A DNA stretch of 64,000 nt, from the NCBI RefSeq assembly GCF_024700885.2, contig NZ_CP117016.1, one strand, 5' to 3'. The notes under the pieces were generated by a model, which ran no database searches, was not told the origin of the DNA, and saw only the letters and a program-made list of their open reading frames with translations. This DNA is from Escherichia coli (GTDB lineage Bacteria; Pseudomonadota; Gammaproteobacteria; Enterobacterales; Enterobacteriaceae). Positions 1 to 10,809 of the stretch are shown here, piece by piece. Both the position numbers and the translations under genes were made by a program. Each line of letters begins with the position of its first letter. Position 1 is the stretch's first letter.

Positions 1-187
1 CCTCTGAATTTCATCTTTTGTAAGCAATCAACTTAGCTGAATTTACTTTTCTTTAACAGTTGATTCGTTAGTCACCGATTACGACGGCATTAATGCGCAA
101 ATAAGTCGCTATACTTCGGATTTTTGCCATGCTATTTCTTTACATCTCTAAAACAAAACATAACGAAACGCACTGCCGGACAGACAA

Positions 188-1375
188 ATGAACTTATCCC
201 TACGACGCTCTACCAGCGCCCTTCTTGCCTCGTCGTTGTTATTAACCATCGGACGCGGCGCTACGCTGCCGTTTATGACCATTTACTTGAGTCGCCAGTA
301 CAGCCTGAGTGTCGATCTAATCGGTTATGCGATGACAATTGCGCTCACTATTGGCGTCGTTTTTAGCCTCGGTTTTGGTATCCTGGCGGATAAGTTCGAC
401 AAGAAACGCTATATGTTACTGGCAATTACCGCCTTCGCCAGCGGTTTTATTGCCATTCCTTTAGTGAATAACGTGACGCTGGTGGTGCTCTTTTTTGCCC
501 TTATTAACTGCGCCTATTCCGTTTTTGCTACCGTGTTGAAAGCCTGGTTTGCCGACAATCTTTCCTCCACCAGCAAAACGAAAATCTTCTCAATCAACTA
601 CACCATGCTCAACATTGGCTGGACCATCGGTCCGCCGCTCGGCACGCTGTTGGTGATGCAGAGCATCAATCTGCCCTTTTGGCTGGCAGCTATCTGTTCC
701 GCGTTTCCCATGCTTTTCATTCAAATTTGGGTAAAGCGCAGCGAGAAAATCATCGCCACGGAAACAGGCAGTGTCTGGTCGCCGAAAGTTTTATTACAAG
801 ATAAAGCACTGTTGTGGTTTACCTGCTCTGGTTTTCTGGCTTCTTTTGTTAGCGGCGCATTTGCTTCATGCATTTCACAATATGTGATGGTGATTGCTGA
901 TGGGGATTTTGCCGAAAAGGTGGTCGCGGTTGTTCTTCCGGTGAATGCTGCCATGGTGGTTACGTTGCAATATTCAGTGGGCCGCCGCCTTAACCCGGCT
1001 AACATCCGCGCGCTGATGACAGCAGGCACCCTCTGTTTCGTCATTGGGCTGGTCGGTTTTATTTTTTCCGGCAACAGCCTGCTATTGTGGGGTATGTCAG
1101 CTGCGGTATTTACTGTCGGTGAAATCATTTATGCGCCGGGCGAGTATATGTTGATTGACCATATTGCACCGCCAGGAATGAAAGCCAGCTATTTTTCCGC
1201 CCAGTCTTTAGGCTGGCTTGGTGCCGCGATTAACCCATTAGTGAGTGGCATAGTGCTTACCAGTCTGCCGCCTTTCTCGCTGTTTATCATCTTAGCGTTG
1301 GTGATCATTGCTGCGTGGGTGCTGATGTTAAAAGGAATTCGTGCAAGACCGTGGGGGCAGCCCGCGCTTTGTTGA
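188..1375 (+). CDS. ydeE: MFS transporter YdeE
   Basis: 395-aa ORF, multi-pass hydrophobic; recognised as E. coli YdeE from translation and conserved neighbourhood. Confidence 0.9.
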   Translation: MNLSLRRSTSALLASSLLLTIGRGATLPFMTIYLSRQYSLSVDLIGYAMTIALTIGVVFSLGFGILADKFDKKRYMLLAITAFASGFIAIPLVNNVTLVVLFFALINCAYSVFATVLKAWFADNLSSTSKTKIFSINYTMLNIGWTIGPPLGTLLVMQSINLPFWLAAICSAFPMLFIQIWVKRSEKIIATETGSVWSPKVLLQDKALLWFTCSGFLASFVSGAFASCISQYVMVIADGDFAEKVVAVVLPVNAAMVVTLQYSVGRRLNPANIRALMTAGTLCFVIGLVGFIFSGNSLLLWGMSAAVFTVGEIIYAPGEYMLIDHIAPPGMKASYFSAQSLGWLGAAINPLVSGIVLTSLPPFSLFIILALVIIAAWVLMLKGIRARPWGQPALC

Positions 1376-1501
1376 TTTAAGTCGAACACAATAAAAATTT
1401 AATTCAGCCTTCGTTTAGGTTACCTCTGCTAATATCTTTCTCATTGAGATGAAAATTAAGGTAAGCGAGGAAACACACCACACCATAAACGGAGGCAAAT
1501 A

Positions 1502-1597
1502 ATGCTGGGTAATATGAATGTTTTTATGGCCGTACTGGGAATAATTTTATTTTCTGGTTTTCTGGCCGCGTATTTCAGCCACAAATGGGATGACTAA
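1502..1597 (+). CDS. mgtS: small membrane protein MgtS (31 aa)
   Basis: Hand-translated short ORF MLGNMNVFMAVLGIILFSGFLAAYFSHKWDD, below the ORF-track length cutoff; hairpin plus T-run follows at ~1625-1664. Confidence 0.85.
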   Translation: MLGNMNVFMAVLGIILFSGFLAAYFSHKWDD

Positions 1598-1672
1598 TGA
1601 ACGGAGATAATCCCTCACCTAACCGGCCCCTTGTTACAGTTGTGTACAAGGGGCCTGATTTTTATGACGGCG

Positions 1673-1772
1673 AAAAAAAACCGCCAGTAAACCGGCGGTG
1701 AATGCTTGCATGGATAGATTTGTGTTTTGCTTTTACGCTAACAGGCATTTTCCTGCACTGATAACGGATCGT
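1673..1772 (-). ncRNA. mgrR: sRNA MgrR (PhoP-dependent), boundaries approximate
   Basis: Minus-strand intrinsic terminator (hairpin ccgccggtttactggcgg + T8) at 1673-1698; PhoP-box-like direct repeat GTTTAA-N5-GTTTAA on minus strand at 1804-1821; expected position between mgtS and dgcZ. Confidence 0.6.
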
Positions 1773-1803
1773 TGACACAGTAGCATCAGTTTTCTCAATG
1801 AAT

Positions 1804-1821
1804 GTTAAACGGAGCTTAAAC
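1804..1821 (-). promoter_or_regulatory. PhoP-box-like direct repeat upstream of mgrR
   Basis: Minus-strand sequence gtttaa gctcc gtttaa read directly. Confidence 0.5.
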
Positions 1822-2712
1822 TCGGTTAATCACGTTTTGTTCGTCAATAAACATACAGCGATTTCTTCCGGTTTGCTTACCCTCATACATTGCCCGGTCC
1901 GCTCTTCCAATGACCACATCCAGAGGCTCTTCAGGAAATGCGCGACTCACACCTGCAGTCACGGTAATGTTGATATGCCCTTCAGAATGTGTGATGGCAT
2001 GGTTATCGACTAACTGGCAAATTCTGATACCTGCACGACATGCTTCTTCATCATTAGCCGCTTTGACAATAATGATAAATTCTTCGCCACCGTAGCGATA
2101 AACCGTTTCGTAATCGCGCGTCCAACTGGCTAAGTAAGTTGCCAGGGTGCGTAATACTACATCGCCGATTAAATGCCCGTAGGTATCATTAACCAATTTA
2201 AATCGGTCAATATCCAACAACATTAAATAAAGATTCAGAGGCTCAGCGTTGCGTAACTGATGATCAAAGGATTCATCAAGAACCCGACGACCCGGCAATC
2301 CCGTCAAAACATCCATATTGCTACGGATCGTCAGCAAATAAATTTTGTAATCGGTTAATGCCGCAGTAAAAGAAAGCAACCCTTCCTGAAAGGCGTCGAA
2401 ATGCGCGTCCTGCCAGTGATTTTCAACAATAGCCAGCATTAATTCCCGACCACAGTTATGCATATGTTGATGGGCAGAATCCATTAGCCGAACGTAAGGT
2501 AATTCATCGTTATCGAGTGGTCCCAGATGATCAATCCACCGACCAAACTGGCACAGTCCATAAGAATGGTTATCCGTTATTTCTGGCTTACTGGCATCTC
2601 TCGCGACTACGCTGTGAAACATACTTACCAGCCACTGGTAGTGGGCATCGATAGCCTTATTGAGATTTAACAAGATGGCATCAATTTCCGTTGTCTTCTT
2701 GATCATTGCCAC
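1816..2712 (-). CDS. dgcZ: diguanylate cyclase DgcZ (zinc-sensing)
   Basis: 298-aa ORF containing the GGEEF motif (RYGGEEFIII). Confidence 0.9.
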   Translation of the reverse strand: MAMIKKTTEIDAILLNLNKAIDAHYQWLVSMFHSVVARDASKPEITDNHSYGLCQFGRWIDHLGPLDNDELPYVRLMDSAHQHMHNCGRELMLAIVENHWQDAHFDAFQEGLLSFTAALTDYKIYLLTIRSNMDVLTGLPGRRVLDESFDHQLRNAEPLNLYLMLLDIDRFKLVNDTYGHLIGDVVLRTLATYLASWTRDYETVYRYGGEEFIIIVKAANDEEACRAGIRICQLVDNHAITHSEGHINITVTAGVSRAFPEEPLDVVIGRADRAMYEGKQTGRNRCMFIDEQNVINRV

Positions 2713-2960
2713 TCCTTTTTCACAGTTCCTTGTGCGCGCTATTCTAACGAGAGAAAAGCAAAATTACGTCAATATTTTCATAGAAATCCGAAGTTATGAG
2801 TCATCTCTGAGATAACATTGTGATTTGAAACAAAATCAGCAGATAAAAAAGTGTTTAATTCTGTAAATTAAGCCTGCATTATCGCAATTAAAAGGATGAC
2901 AAATAGCATAACCCAATACCCTAATGGCCCAGTAGTTCAGGCCATCAGGCTAATTTATTT

Positions 2961-3353
2961 TTATTTCTGCAAATGAGTGACCCGAACGACGGCCGGAGCG
3001 CTTTTCTTATCCAGACTTCCGCTAATGTTGATCAGCTGGTCCGGCTGAACTTCTCGTCCATCAAAGACTGCCGCAGGAATAACAACATTAATTTCACCGC
3101 TCTTATCGCGAAAAACGTAACGGTCCTCTCCTTTGTGAGAAATCAAATTACCGCGTAGTGAAACCGAAGCGCCATCGTGCATTTTTTTTGCGAAATCAAC
3201 GGTCATTTTTTTTGCATCATCGGTTCCGCGATAGCCATCTTCTATTGCATGAGGCGGCGGTGGCGCTGCATCCTGTTTTAATCCGCCCTGGTCATCTGCC
3301 AACGCATAAGGCATGACAAGAAAACTTGCTAATACAATGGCCTGAAATTTCAT
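2961..3353 (-). CDS. ydeI: periplasmic OB-fold stress protein YdeI
   Basis: 130-aa ORF with signal peptide; K-12 neighbourhood. Confidence 0.85.
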   Translation of the reverse strand: MKFQAIVLASFLVMPYALADDQGGLKQDAAPPPPHAIEDGYRGTDDAKKMTVDFAKKMHDGASVSLRGNLISHKGEDRYVFRDKSGEINVVIPAAVFDGREVQPDQLINISGSLDKKSAPAVVRVTHLQK

Positions 3354-3595
3354 ACTGACTCCTTAATTGCGTTTGGTTTGACTTATTAAGTCTGGTTGCT
3401 ATTTTTATAATTGACAAATAAGAATACTGCCAATTGTTATAAGGCATTTAAAATCAGGCAACTAGCTGTCAAATATTCAGAGAATTTTACTCACTAAAGT
3501 AAGAAGAAGATTAAAGAGTCTTAAACATATTTCAGAACAATCAGATTTATAAATTTGAAAATTATTATAACGGAAGGGTATACAAAAAAAGTAAT

Positions 3596-3673
3596 TTTGC
3601 TGGCGACTGCGAAACGGCATTCGCATTAGCGGTGAAGTTTGCCCTCACCCAGCTGCTGCAATTACTGCTATAA
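3596..3673 (+). pseudogene. ydeJ: possible 3' remnant of ydeJ (CinA/PncC-like)
   Basis: Only ~25 codons (…DCETAFALAVKFALTQLLQLLL*) resembling a PncC-family C-terminus; the 364-bp ydeI–dcp gap cannot hold the full gene; convergent hairpin follows. Confidence 0.35.
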
Positions 3674-3717
3674 CGAGGCTGGTCTGGCGATAAATCCAGG
3701 CCAGCCATTGGTGGTGT

Positions 3718-5763
3718 TTATACGTTCAAGCCACGATGTTGCAGCATCGGCATAATCTGAGGTGCCTTACCGCGCCATTGTCGATACAGGCGTTCCAGAT
3801 CTTCGCTGTTACCTCTGGAAAGAATCGCCTCGCGAAAACGCCGCCCATTTTCACGCGTTAATCCGCCCTGCTCAACAAACCACTGGTAACCATCATCGGC
3901 CAACATTTGCGTCCACAGATAAGCGTAATAACCTGCGGCATATCCGCCACCAAAAATATGGGCGAAATAACTGCTGCGATAGCGTGGCGGTATAGCAGGA
4001 AGATCCATATTTTCCGCCACCAGCGCCCGCAATTCGAAATCATCGACATCCTGCATTGCTTCGTTTTCTTCCAGGCAATGCCAGCGCATATCGAGAAGTG
4101 CGGCGCTAAGCAGTTCGCTCATCTCATACCCTTTATTGAACAGGCTGGCATTACGCATTTTCTGTTGCAGTTCATCAGGCATTGCTGCCCCGCTCTGATA
4201 ATGCCGGGCGTAGCGAGCGAATACCTGCGGATGCGTTGCCCAGTGTTCGTTGATTTGCGACGGAAATTCGACAAAATCACGCGGCGTGTTGGTGCCGGAA
4301 AGCGTGGCATAACGCTGGCGGGCAAAGAGGCCGTGTAGCGTATGACCAAATTCATGGAATAAGGTTATGACATCATCCCAGAGTAACAACGCAGGCTCAC
4401 CGGCAGCGGGTTTCTGATAATTGCAGACGTTATAAATTACCGGATGCGTTTCATTCAGCGTTGATTGCTCAACAAAATTGCCCATCCATGCACCGCCGCT
4501 TTTTGAATCACGGGCGAAGAAATCACCGTAAAATAACGCCAGCCCCACGCCATTATGATCAAAAATTTCCCATACACGAACGTCAGGATGGTAGACAGGA
4601 ATATCAAAACGTTCGACAAACTTAATACCGAAGAGCTGATTCGCAGTCCAGAATACGCCTTCATTCAACACCGTGTTTAATTCGAAATAAGGCTTGAGCT
4701 GCGCTTCATCGAGATCGAATTTCTCACGTCTTACCTGCTCGGCATAAAATGCCCAGTCCCACGGCTGCGCGCTAAACCCGCCCTGCTGCTTATCGATAAC
4801 CGCCTGTATGGAGGCTAATTCATCGCTCGCACGTTGACGCGCCGCTGGAACAATTTCCCGCATAAAGTTGAGTGCTGCTTCTGGCGTTTTTGCCATCTGA
4901 TCGGCGATTTTCCATGCGGCATAATGAGGGAAACCAAGCAGTTTCGCCTGCTGCGCGCGGATCTCCACCAGACGTTGAATGATAGCGCGGGTATCATTGG
5001 CATCATTTTTTTCCGCTCGCGTCCAGCCCGCAGTGAACAGTTTTTCACGCGTCGCACGATCGCGCATTTCGGCAAGCGCCGGTTGTTGGGTGGTATTCAG
5101 CAGCGGAATCAGCCATTTGTTATCCAGACCTTTCTCGCGAGCCGCCTCTGCCGCCAGCGCAATCTCTTGCTCACTTATTCCTGCCAGCTGCGCGATATCG
5201 TTCACAACCAGACCGCCGGATTTATTTGCTGCCAGTAACCGCTGGTTAAACTGGCTGGTCAGGGTCGCAGCTTCTGTATTCAGTACTTTTAATTTTGCTT
5301 TATCAGCTTGCGCAAGTTTGGCTCCGGCAAGGACAAAACGTTGATGAATGACCTCCACCAGGCGGATGGATTCACTATCAAGCCCCAGGGATTCTCGGCG
5401 CTGCCAGACAGCATCTACCCGCGCGAATAATTCACCGTTCAGATAGATATCATTAGCCAGTTCCGCCAGTTCAGCGGAAAACTGTTCATCAAGACGCTGT
5501 AATTCATCATTGGTATGCGCCGCAGTCATCGCAAAAAAGACGCTGGTAACGCGGGTAAGTAATTCTCCGCTTTGTTCCAGTGCCAGAATAGTATTGTTGA
5601 AATCAGGCGTTTGCGGGTTAAGCGCGATGGCAGTAATTTCTGCCCGCTTTTGCAGCATTCCCTCATCGAATGCCGGGCGATAGTGATGATTGGAAATTTG
5701 ATCAAAATGGGGAGCCAGATACGGCAGTGTGCTTTGCACAAGGAAAGGATTCATTGTTGTCAT
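3718..5763 (-). CDS. dcp: dipeptidyl carboxypeptidase II (M3 peptidase)
   Basis: HEFGH zinc motif in translation; start trimmed to MTTMNPF (681 aa) within the 703-aa track ORF. Confidence 0.92.
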   Translation of the reverse strand: MTTMNPFLVQSTLPYLAPHFDQISNHHYRPAFDEGMLQKRAEITAIALNPQTPDFNNTILALEQSGELLTRVTSVFFAMTAAHTNDELQRLDEQFSAELAELANDIYLNGELFARVDAVWQRRESLGLDSESIRLVEVIHQRFVLAGAKLAQADKAKLKVLNTEAATLTSQFNQRLLAANKSGGLVVNDIAQLAGISEQEIALAAEAAREKGLDNKWLIPLLNTTQQPALAEMRDRATREKLFTAGWTRAEKNDANDTRAIIQRLVEIRAQQAKLLGFPHYAAWKIADQMAKTPEAALNFMREIVPAARQRASDELASIQAVIDKQQGGFSAQPWDWAFYAEQVRREKFDLDEAQLKPYFELNTVLNEGVFWTANQLFGIKFVERFDIPVYHPDVRVWEIFDHNGVGLALFYGDFFARDSKSGGAWMGNFVEQSTLNETHPVIYNVCNYQKPAAGEPALLLWDDVITLFHEFGHTLHGLFARQRYATLSGTNTPRDFVEFPSQINEHWATHPQVFARYARHYQSGAAMPDELQQKMRNASLFNKGYEMSELLSAALLDMRWHCLEENEAMQDVDDFELRALVAENMDLPAIPPRYRSSYFAHIFGGGYAAGYYAYLWTQMLADDGYQWFVEQGGLTRENGRRFREAILSRGNSEDLERLYRQWRGKAPQIMPMLQHRGLNV

Positions 5764-5899
5764 TTTCTTCTCCTGAACGCGAGGTGTTCCATAGCGTAGG
5801 CTTACTGATAACGGAGTGCAATCTTGCAAACCAGTATTACCCGCTCTTAAGCATCACGTGCTATGTTATTGACACACAAAAGCGTTGAGGAACAGTGAG

Positions 5900-6646
5900 A
5901 TGATCGTTTTAGTAACTGGAGCAACGGCAGGTTTTGGTGAATGCATTACTCGTCGTTTTATTCAACAAGGGCATAAAGTTATCGCCACTGGCCGTCGCCA
6001 GGAGCGGTTGCAGGAGTTAAAAGACGAACTGGGAGATAATCTGTATATCGCCCAACTGGACGTTCGCAACCGCGCCGCTATTGAAGAGATGCTGGCATCG
6101 CTTCCTGCCGAGTGGTGCAATATTGATATCCTGGTAAATAATGCCGGTCTGGCGTTGGGCATGGAGCCTGCGCATAAAGCCAGCGTTGAAGACTGGGAAA
6201 CGATGATTGATACCAACAACAAAGGCCTGGTATATATGACGCGCGCCGTCTTACCGGGTATGGTTGAACGTAATCATGGTCATATTATTAACATTGGCTC
6301 AACGGCAGGCAGCTGGCCGTATGCCGGTGGTAACGTTTACGGTGCGACGAAAGCGTTTGTTCGTCAGTTTAGCCTGAATCTGCGTACGGACCTGCATGGT
6401 ACGGCGGTGCGCGTCACCGACATCGAACCGGGTCTGGTGGGTGGCACCGAGTTTTCCAATGTCCGCTTTAAAGGCGATGACGGTAAAGCGGAAAAAACCT
6501 ATCAAAATACCGTTGCATTGACGCCAGAAGATGTCAGCGAAGCCGTCTGGTGGGTGTCAACGCTGCCTGCTCACGTCAATATCAATACCCTGGAAATGAT
6601 GCCGGTTACCCAAAGCTATGCCGGACTGAATGTCCACCGTCAGTAA
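5900..6646 (+). CDS. ydfG: NADP-dependent 3-hydroxy acid dehydrogenase (SDR)
   Basis: TGATAGFG cofactor motif and YxxxK; start trimmed to MIVLVTG. Confidence 0.9.
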   Translation: MIVLVTGATAGFGECITRRFIQQGHKVIATGRRQERLQELKDELGDNLYIAQLDVRNRAAIEEMLASLPAEWCNIDILVNNAGLALGMEPAHKASVEDWETMIDTNNKGLVYMTRAVLPGMVERNHGHIINIGSTAGSWPYAGGNVYGATKAFVRQFSLNLRTDLHGTAVRVTDIEPGLVGGTEFSNVRFKGDDGKAEKTYQNTVALTPEDVSEAVWWVSTLPAHVNINTLEMMPVTQSYAGLNVHRQ

Positions 6647-6734
6647 TTTTTATACCCGGCGTAACTGCCGGGTTATTGCTTGTCACAAAAAAGTGGTAGA
6701 CTCATGCAGTTAACTCACTCACAAGCAAGAACGA

Positions 6735-7421
6735 ATGACCGTCGAAACGCAACTTAATCCCACACAGCCTGTCAATCAGCAGATTTATCGTATTCTTCGT
6801 CGCGACATTGTCCATTGCCTGATTGCACCAGGCACACCGTTGTCGGAAAAAGAAGTTTCTGTTCGTTTCAATGTGTCACGCCAGCCGGTTCGTGAAGCCT
6901 TTATTAAACTGGCGGAAAACGGCCTGATTCAAATTCGTCCGCAGCGTGGCAGCTACGTCAACAAAATTTCCATGGCCCAGGTGCGCAACGGCAGTTTTAT
7001 CCGTCAGGCCATTGAGTGCGCGGTGGCGCGTCGGGCGGCGAGCATGATTACCGAAAGCCAGTGCTACCAACTGGAACAAAATCTTCACCAGCAGCGCATT
7101 GCCATTGAGCGCAAGCAACTGGATGATTTTTTTGAACTTGATGACAACTTCCATCAACTCCTGACCCAGATTGCCGACTGTCAACTGGCGTGGGATACCA
7201 TTGAGAACCTGAAAGCGACCGTTGATCGCGTGCGCTATATGAGTTTCGACCACGTTTCTCCACCAGAAATGCTGTTACGCCAGCATCTTGAGATTTTCTC
7301 TGCCCTGCAAAAACGTGATGGCGATGCGGTAGAACGTGCAATGACGCAACATTTGCAGGAAATCAGCGAATCCGTGCGCCAGATCCGTCAGGAAAACAGC
7401 GACTGGTTTAGCGAAGAGTAA
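6735..7421 (+). CDS. ydfH: GntR-family transcriptional regulator
   Basis: 228-aa ORF with N-terminal HTH-like region; neighbourhood. Confidence 0.88.
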   Translation: MTVETQLNPTQPVNQQIYRILRRDIVHCLIAPGTPLSEKEVSVRFNVSRQPVREAFIKLAENGLIQIRPQRGSYVNKISMAQVRNGSFIRQAIECAVARRAASMITESQCYQLEQNLHQQRIAIERKQLDDFFELDDNFHQLLTQIADCQLAWDTIENLKATVDRVRYMSFDHVSPPEMLLRQHLEIFSALQKRDGDAVERAMTQHLQEISESVRQIRQENSDWFSEE

Positions 7422-7597
7422 TTCATTTCCTCTCATCCCATCCGGGGTGAGAGTTTTTCCCTCCGTCATATGGCTCATGCATGCATCAAAAAAGATGTGA
7501 GCTTGATCAAAAACAAAAAATATTTCACTCGACAGGAGTATTTATATTGCGCCCGTTACGTGGGCTTCGACTGTAAATCAGAAAGGAGAAAACACCT

Positions 7598-7801
7598 ATG
7601 ACGACCTACGATCGTAACCGTAACGCAATCACCACTGGCAGCCGTGTTATGGTTAGCGGCACCGGTCACACTGGCAAGATCCTGTCGATTGATACTGAAG
7701 GTCTGACCGCAGAGCAAATCCGCCGCGGAAAAACCGTAGTTGTTGAAGGTTGTGAAGAGAAACTGGCACCTCTGGACCTGATTCGTCTCGGCATGAACTA
7801 A
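7598..7801 (+). CDS. ydfZ: small protein YdfZ
   Basis: 67-aa ORF with good RBS (aggaga); neighbourhood. Confidence 0.85.
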
Positions 7802-7835
7802 GCGTGTGAATGCCGCCGATGGCGGCATTGCTTTT

Positions 7836-9296
7836 TTACTTCACGGAATATTTCGCCACGGTCGCTTTCGCACCATGCGCTAATAAAGACAAGTACGCTT
7901 CCGTCACTTTTGCAGTAAACAAGCTATTGTCTGGCAAATCATCACCAAAGATTGCCTTAATCGCCAGCAATGACTGGACGCGCGCTTTCCCTTCGGCACT
8001 ACTTTGTACAGCCTTCTGAATAACAGGTAACAGTGGGTCACTGATTTCTATCGGATTTCCCTGTTCATCAACACCACCCACATAACGCATCCAACCTGCG
8101 ACGCCCAGCGCCAGCAGATCGAACTTGCTGTCATGCGCCAGATGCCAGCGAACAGAATCCAACATCCGCTGTGGCAATTTCTGGCTGCCATCCATCGCAA
8201 TCTGCCAGGTTCGATGACGTAACGCCGGGTTGCTATAGCGTGCAATTAATCGGTTAGCGTAATCTTGCAAATCAACGCCCTGCACTTTCAGCGTCGGCGC
8301 TTGTTCCTGCAACATCAAGCCATACGCCGCATGACGATAATGTTCATCTTCCATACAGTCATTAATGTGCTGATATCCAGCAAGATAACCCAGATACGCC
8401 AGGAATGAATGACTGCCGTTGAGCATGCGCAACTTCATCTCTTCATAAGGCAGCACATCGCTAACCAGTTCGGCTCCCGCTTTTTCCCATTCCGGACGTC
8501 CGGCAACAAAGTTATCTTCGATTACCCACTGGCGGAAAGGTTCACAGGCAACGCCAGCAGGATCGCGCACACCGGTAAGTTGTTCGATTTTCGCCAGCGT
8601 ATCCTCTGTCACTGCGGGCACAATACGGTCCACCATTGTTGATGGGAAAGTCACGTTATCTTCGATCCATTGTGCCAGTTTTACATCAACGGCTTGCGCG
8701 TAGGAAGTGACAACGTCACGCATAACATGACCGTTTTCTGGCATGTTGTCACATGACATGACGGTAAATGCGGGAAGTCCTGCCGCTTTACGGCGAGCCA
8801 GCGCCTCGACAATCACCCCTGTTGCAGTTTTCGGCTGGTGGGGATTTTGTACGTCGGCAACGACCATCGGGTGATCGAGCATTAACTGTCCGGTCGCCGG
8901 AGAGTGGAAATACCCTTTTTCGGTGATTGTCAGAGAGACAATCGCGATTTGCGGTTCACACATCGCAGCCAACACGGTTTCTAAGCCATCAATCTGTACG
9001 TGCAAGGCTTTTTTAACGACGCCAACGACGCGAGCCGTCCACGCATCGGCCGACATTTCCGCAACGGTATAAAGATTATCTTGCTGTTGTAAATCGGCAA
9101 TTTGCTGTTCGCCGCCGATTAAGTTGACCTCATAATATCCCCATTCACTGAAATGTTCCGTAGCAAGAATATCGGCATACACGCCCTGATGCGCACGGTG
9201 AAATGCACCAAAGCCTAAATGAACAATTCTTGGGGCCAGGTTATTACGATCATAAACAGGGAGTGTCGCTTTTGCTGATAACAAATTATTTCCCAT
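7836..9296 (-). CDS. ydfI: mannitol/mannonate dehydrogenase-family oxidoreductase
   Basis: 486-aa ORF; neighbourhood. Confidence 0.88.
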   Translation of the reverse strand: MGNNLLSAKATLPVYDRNNLAPRIVHLGFGAFHRAHQGVYADILATEHFSEWGYYEVNLIGGEQQIADLQQQDNLYTVAEMSADAWTARVVGVVKKALHVQIDGLETVLAAMCEPQIAIVSLTITEKGYFHSPATGQLMLDHPMVVADVQNPHQPKTATGVIVEALARRKAAGLPAFTVMSCDNMPENGHVMRDVVTSYAQAVDVKLAQWIEDNVTFPSTMVDRIVPAVTEDTLAKIEQLTGVRDPAGVACEPFRQWVIEDNFVAGRPEWEKAGAELVSDVLPYEEMKLRMLNGSHSFLAYLGYLAGYQHINDCMEDEHYRHAAYGLMLQEQAPTLKVQGVDLQDYANRLIARYSNPALRHRTWQIAMDGSQKLPQRMLDSVRWHLAHDSKFDLLALGVAGWMRYVGGVDEQGNPIEISDPLLPVIQKAVQSSAEGKARVQSLLAIKAIFGDDLPDNSLFTAKVTEAYLSLLAHGAKATVAKYSVK

Positions 9297-9384
9297 AACA
9301 ATTCCTTAAATATAAATATGGCAAGCTACATGTTTTGTTATATGAATAAAAATCCCCTCTCCGGTAAGAGAAGGGATTGAGGAT

Positions 9385-10752
9385 TTAAAGACTTCTGGAA
9401 GGTTGCGCAGCTCTGACAACACGCGGTTGATCTTCCGCAGCGTCTTCCAGCGCACTTAAATCACGGTCTTTCACTTCTGGCATTTTCAGCGCAGAGATTA
9501 AACCAATCACTGAATATGCCATGATCATAATGGCGATCGGATACCAGGATTCCGTCATGGTGCAGAAAATACCCGCCAGGATAGGACCAAAACCGGAAGC
9601 GATAAGACCACCAATTTCTTTAGAAATCGCCATCCGGGTAAAGCGGTTTTTACAGCCGAACATTTCTGCCATGGTAATGTTTTCCAGAGCAAATAATCCC
9701 AGCACCGCACAGTTATGAATCACAATCAGTGCAACCATAATGGTGCTCGGGGCATAGCTTTTATCTACGATGATAGAAAGCATTGGCCATGCCAGCACAA
9801 TCGCGGAGGTATTCATAATAATATACGGGATCCGGCGACCAATTTTATCGGATAACCAACCAAGGAACGGAATGGTCATAAAGCCGAGAATCGAACTGAT
9901 CATCAATGCATCTGTTGGAATTGCTTTGTTAAACAATAACGTCTGTACTAAATAGCCTGCAAGGAAAGTCTGAATTAAACCGGAGTTACCAGCCTGACCA
10001 AAACGCAGCCCTGTTGCCAGCCAGAAGGATTTGCTCTGGAACATGCTACCAGCAGGTGCAGGTTTTGCTGTCGGTTGGTTGCTGTCGTTAACCTTCTCAA
10101 AGACCGGGCTTTCTTTAAGATTCATACGCAACCAGATAGCAAAGACCATCACGACAACGCTCGCCAGAAACGGTATACGCCATCCCCACGCCAGCAGTTC
10201 TTCTTTACTGAGAATGAAGAACATAAAGGCCCAGATTGCCGTTGCGCTTAAGGTTCCGCAGTTAGTTCCCATAGCCACAAATGAGGAGATAATTCCGCGC
10301 TTACCTTTTGGTGCATATTCCGCCAGCATCGTGCCGGCACCGGAAATTTCCGCGCCTGCCCCCAGCCCCTGAATAATACGCAGCGTCACCAGCAAAATTG
10401 GCGCAAACACACCAATTTGTGCATAGGTCGGCAGCACACCAATTAAGGTGGTACAGATCCCCATCATAGTGATGGTAATAAAGAGCACTTTTTTACGCCC
10501 GATTCTGTCGCCCATTTTGCCGAAAATAAATGCTCCGACAATACGCGCCACATAACCTGCACCGTAGGTTCCCATTGCCAGAATTAACGCCATTGCCGTT
10601 GATGATTCAGGAAAAAATATTTCATGAAACACTAACGCTGCGCCGAGCGAATATAACTGGAAATCCATAAATTCAAGCGCAGTGCCCAGCCATCCCGATA
10701 CTGCTGCTTTCACCAAATCCTTAGTGCTTCTTTCGTGTTTTTCTATTGTCAT
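9385..10752 (-). CDS. ydfJ: MFS transporter YdfJ (intact)
   Basis: 455-aa multi-pass ORF directly adjacent to rspB with no intervening prophage. Confidence 0.85.
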   Translation of the reverse strand: MTIEKHERSTKDLVKAAVSGWLGTALEFMDFQLYSLGAALVFHEIFFPESSTAMALILAMGTYGAGYVARIVGAFIFGKMGDRIGRKKVLFITITMMGICTTLIGVLPTYAQIGVFAPILLVTLRIIQGLGAGAEISGAGTMLAEYAPKGKRGIISSFVAMGTNCGTLSATAIWAFMFFILSKEELLAWGWRIPFLASVVVMVFAIWLRMNLKESPVFEKVNDSNQPTAKPAPAGSMFQSKSFWLATGLRFGQAGNSGLIQTFLAGYLVQTLLFNKAIPTDALMISSILGFMTIPFLGWLSDKIGRRIPYIIMNTSAIVLAWPMLSIIVDKSYAPSTIMVALIVIHNCAVLGLFALENITMAEMFGCKNRFTRMAISKEIGGLIASGFGPILAGIFCTMTESWYPIAIMIMAYSVIGLISALKMPEVKDRDLSALEDAAEDQPRVVRAAQPSRSL

Positions 10753-10809
10753 AATGGTTATCTCTAAAAAAGAGGTAAGATGCGTACTACTTACTCGCCG
10801 TTATTGGTA

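Noticed and set aside
3762-5829. Many 60-140-aa ORFs on both strands inside dcp
   Set aside because: Frame shadows of a long, well-supported coding region with no independent start signals; the same applies to antisense ORFs inside ynfE/ynfF, pntAB, fumA/fumC and the island structural genes.
7470-7560. FNR-like half-site (ttgatcaaaaacaa) upstream of ydfZ
   Set aside because: Only a partial match to the TTGAT-N4-ATCAA consensus; not reported as a feature.
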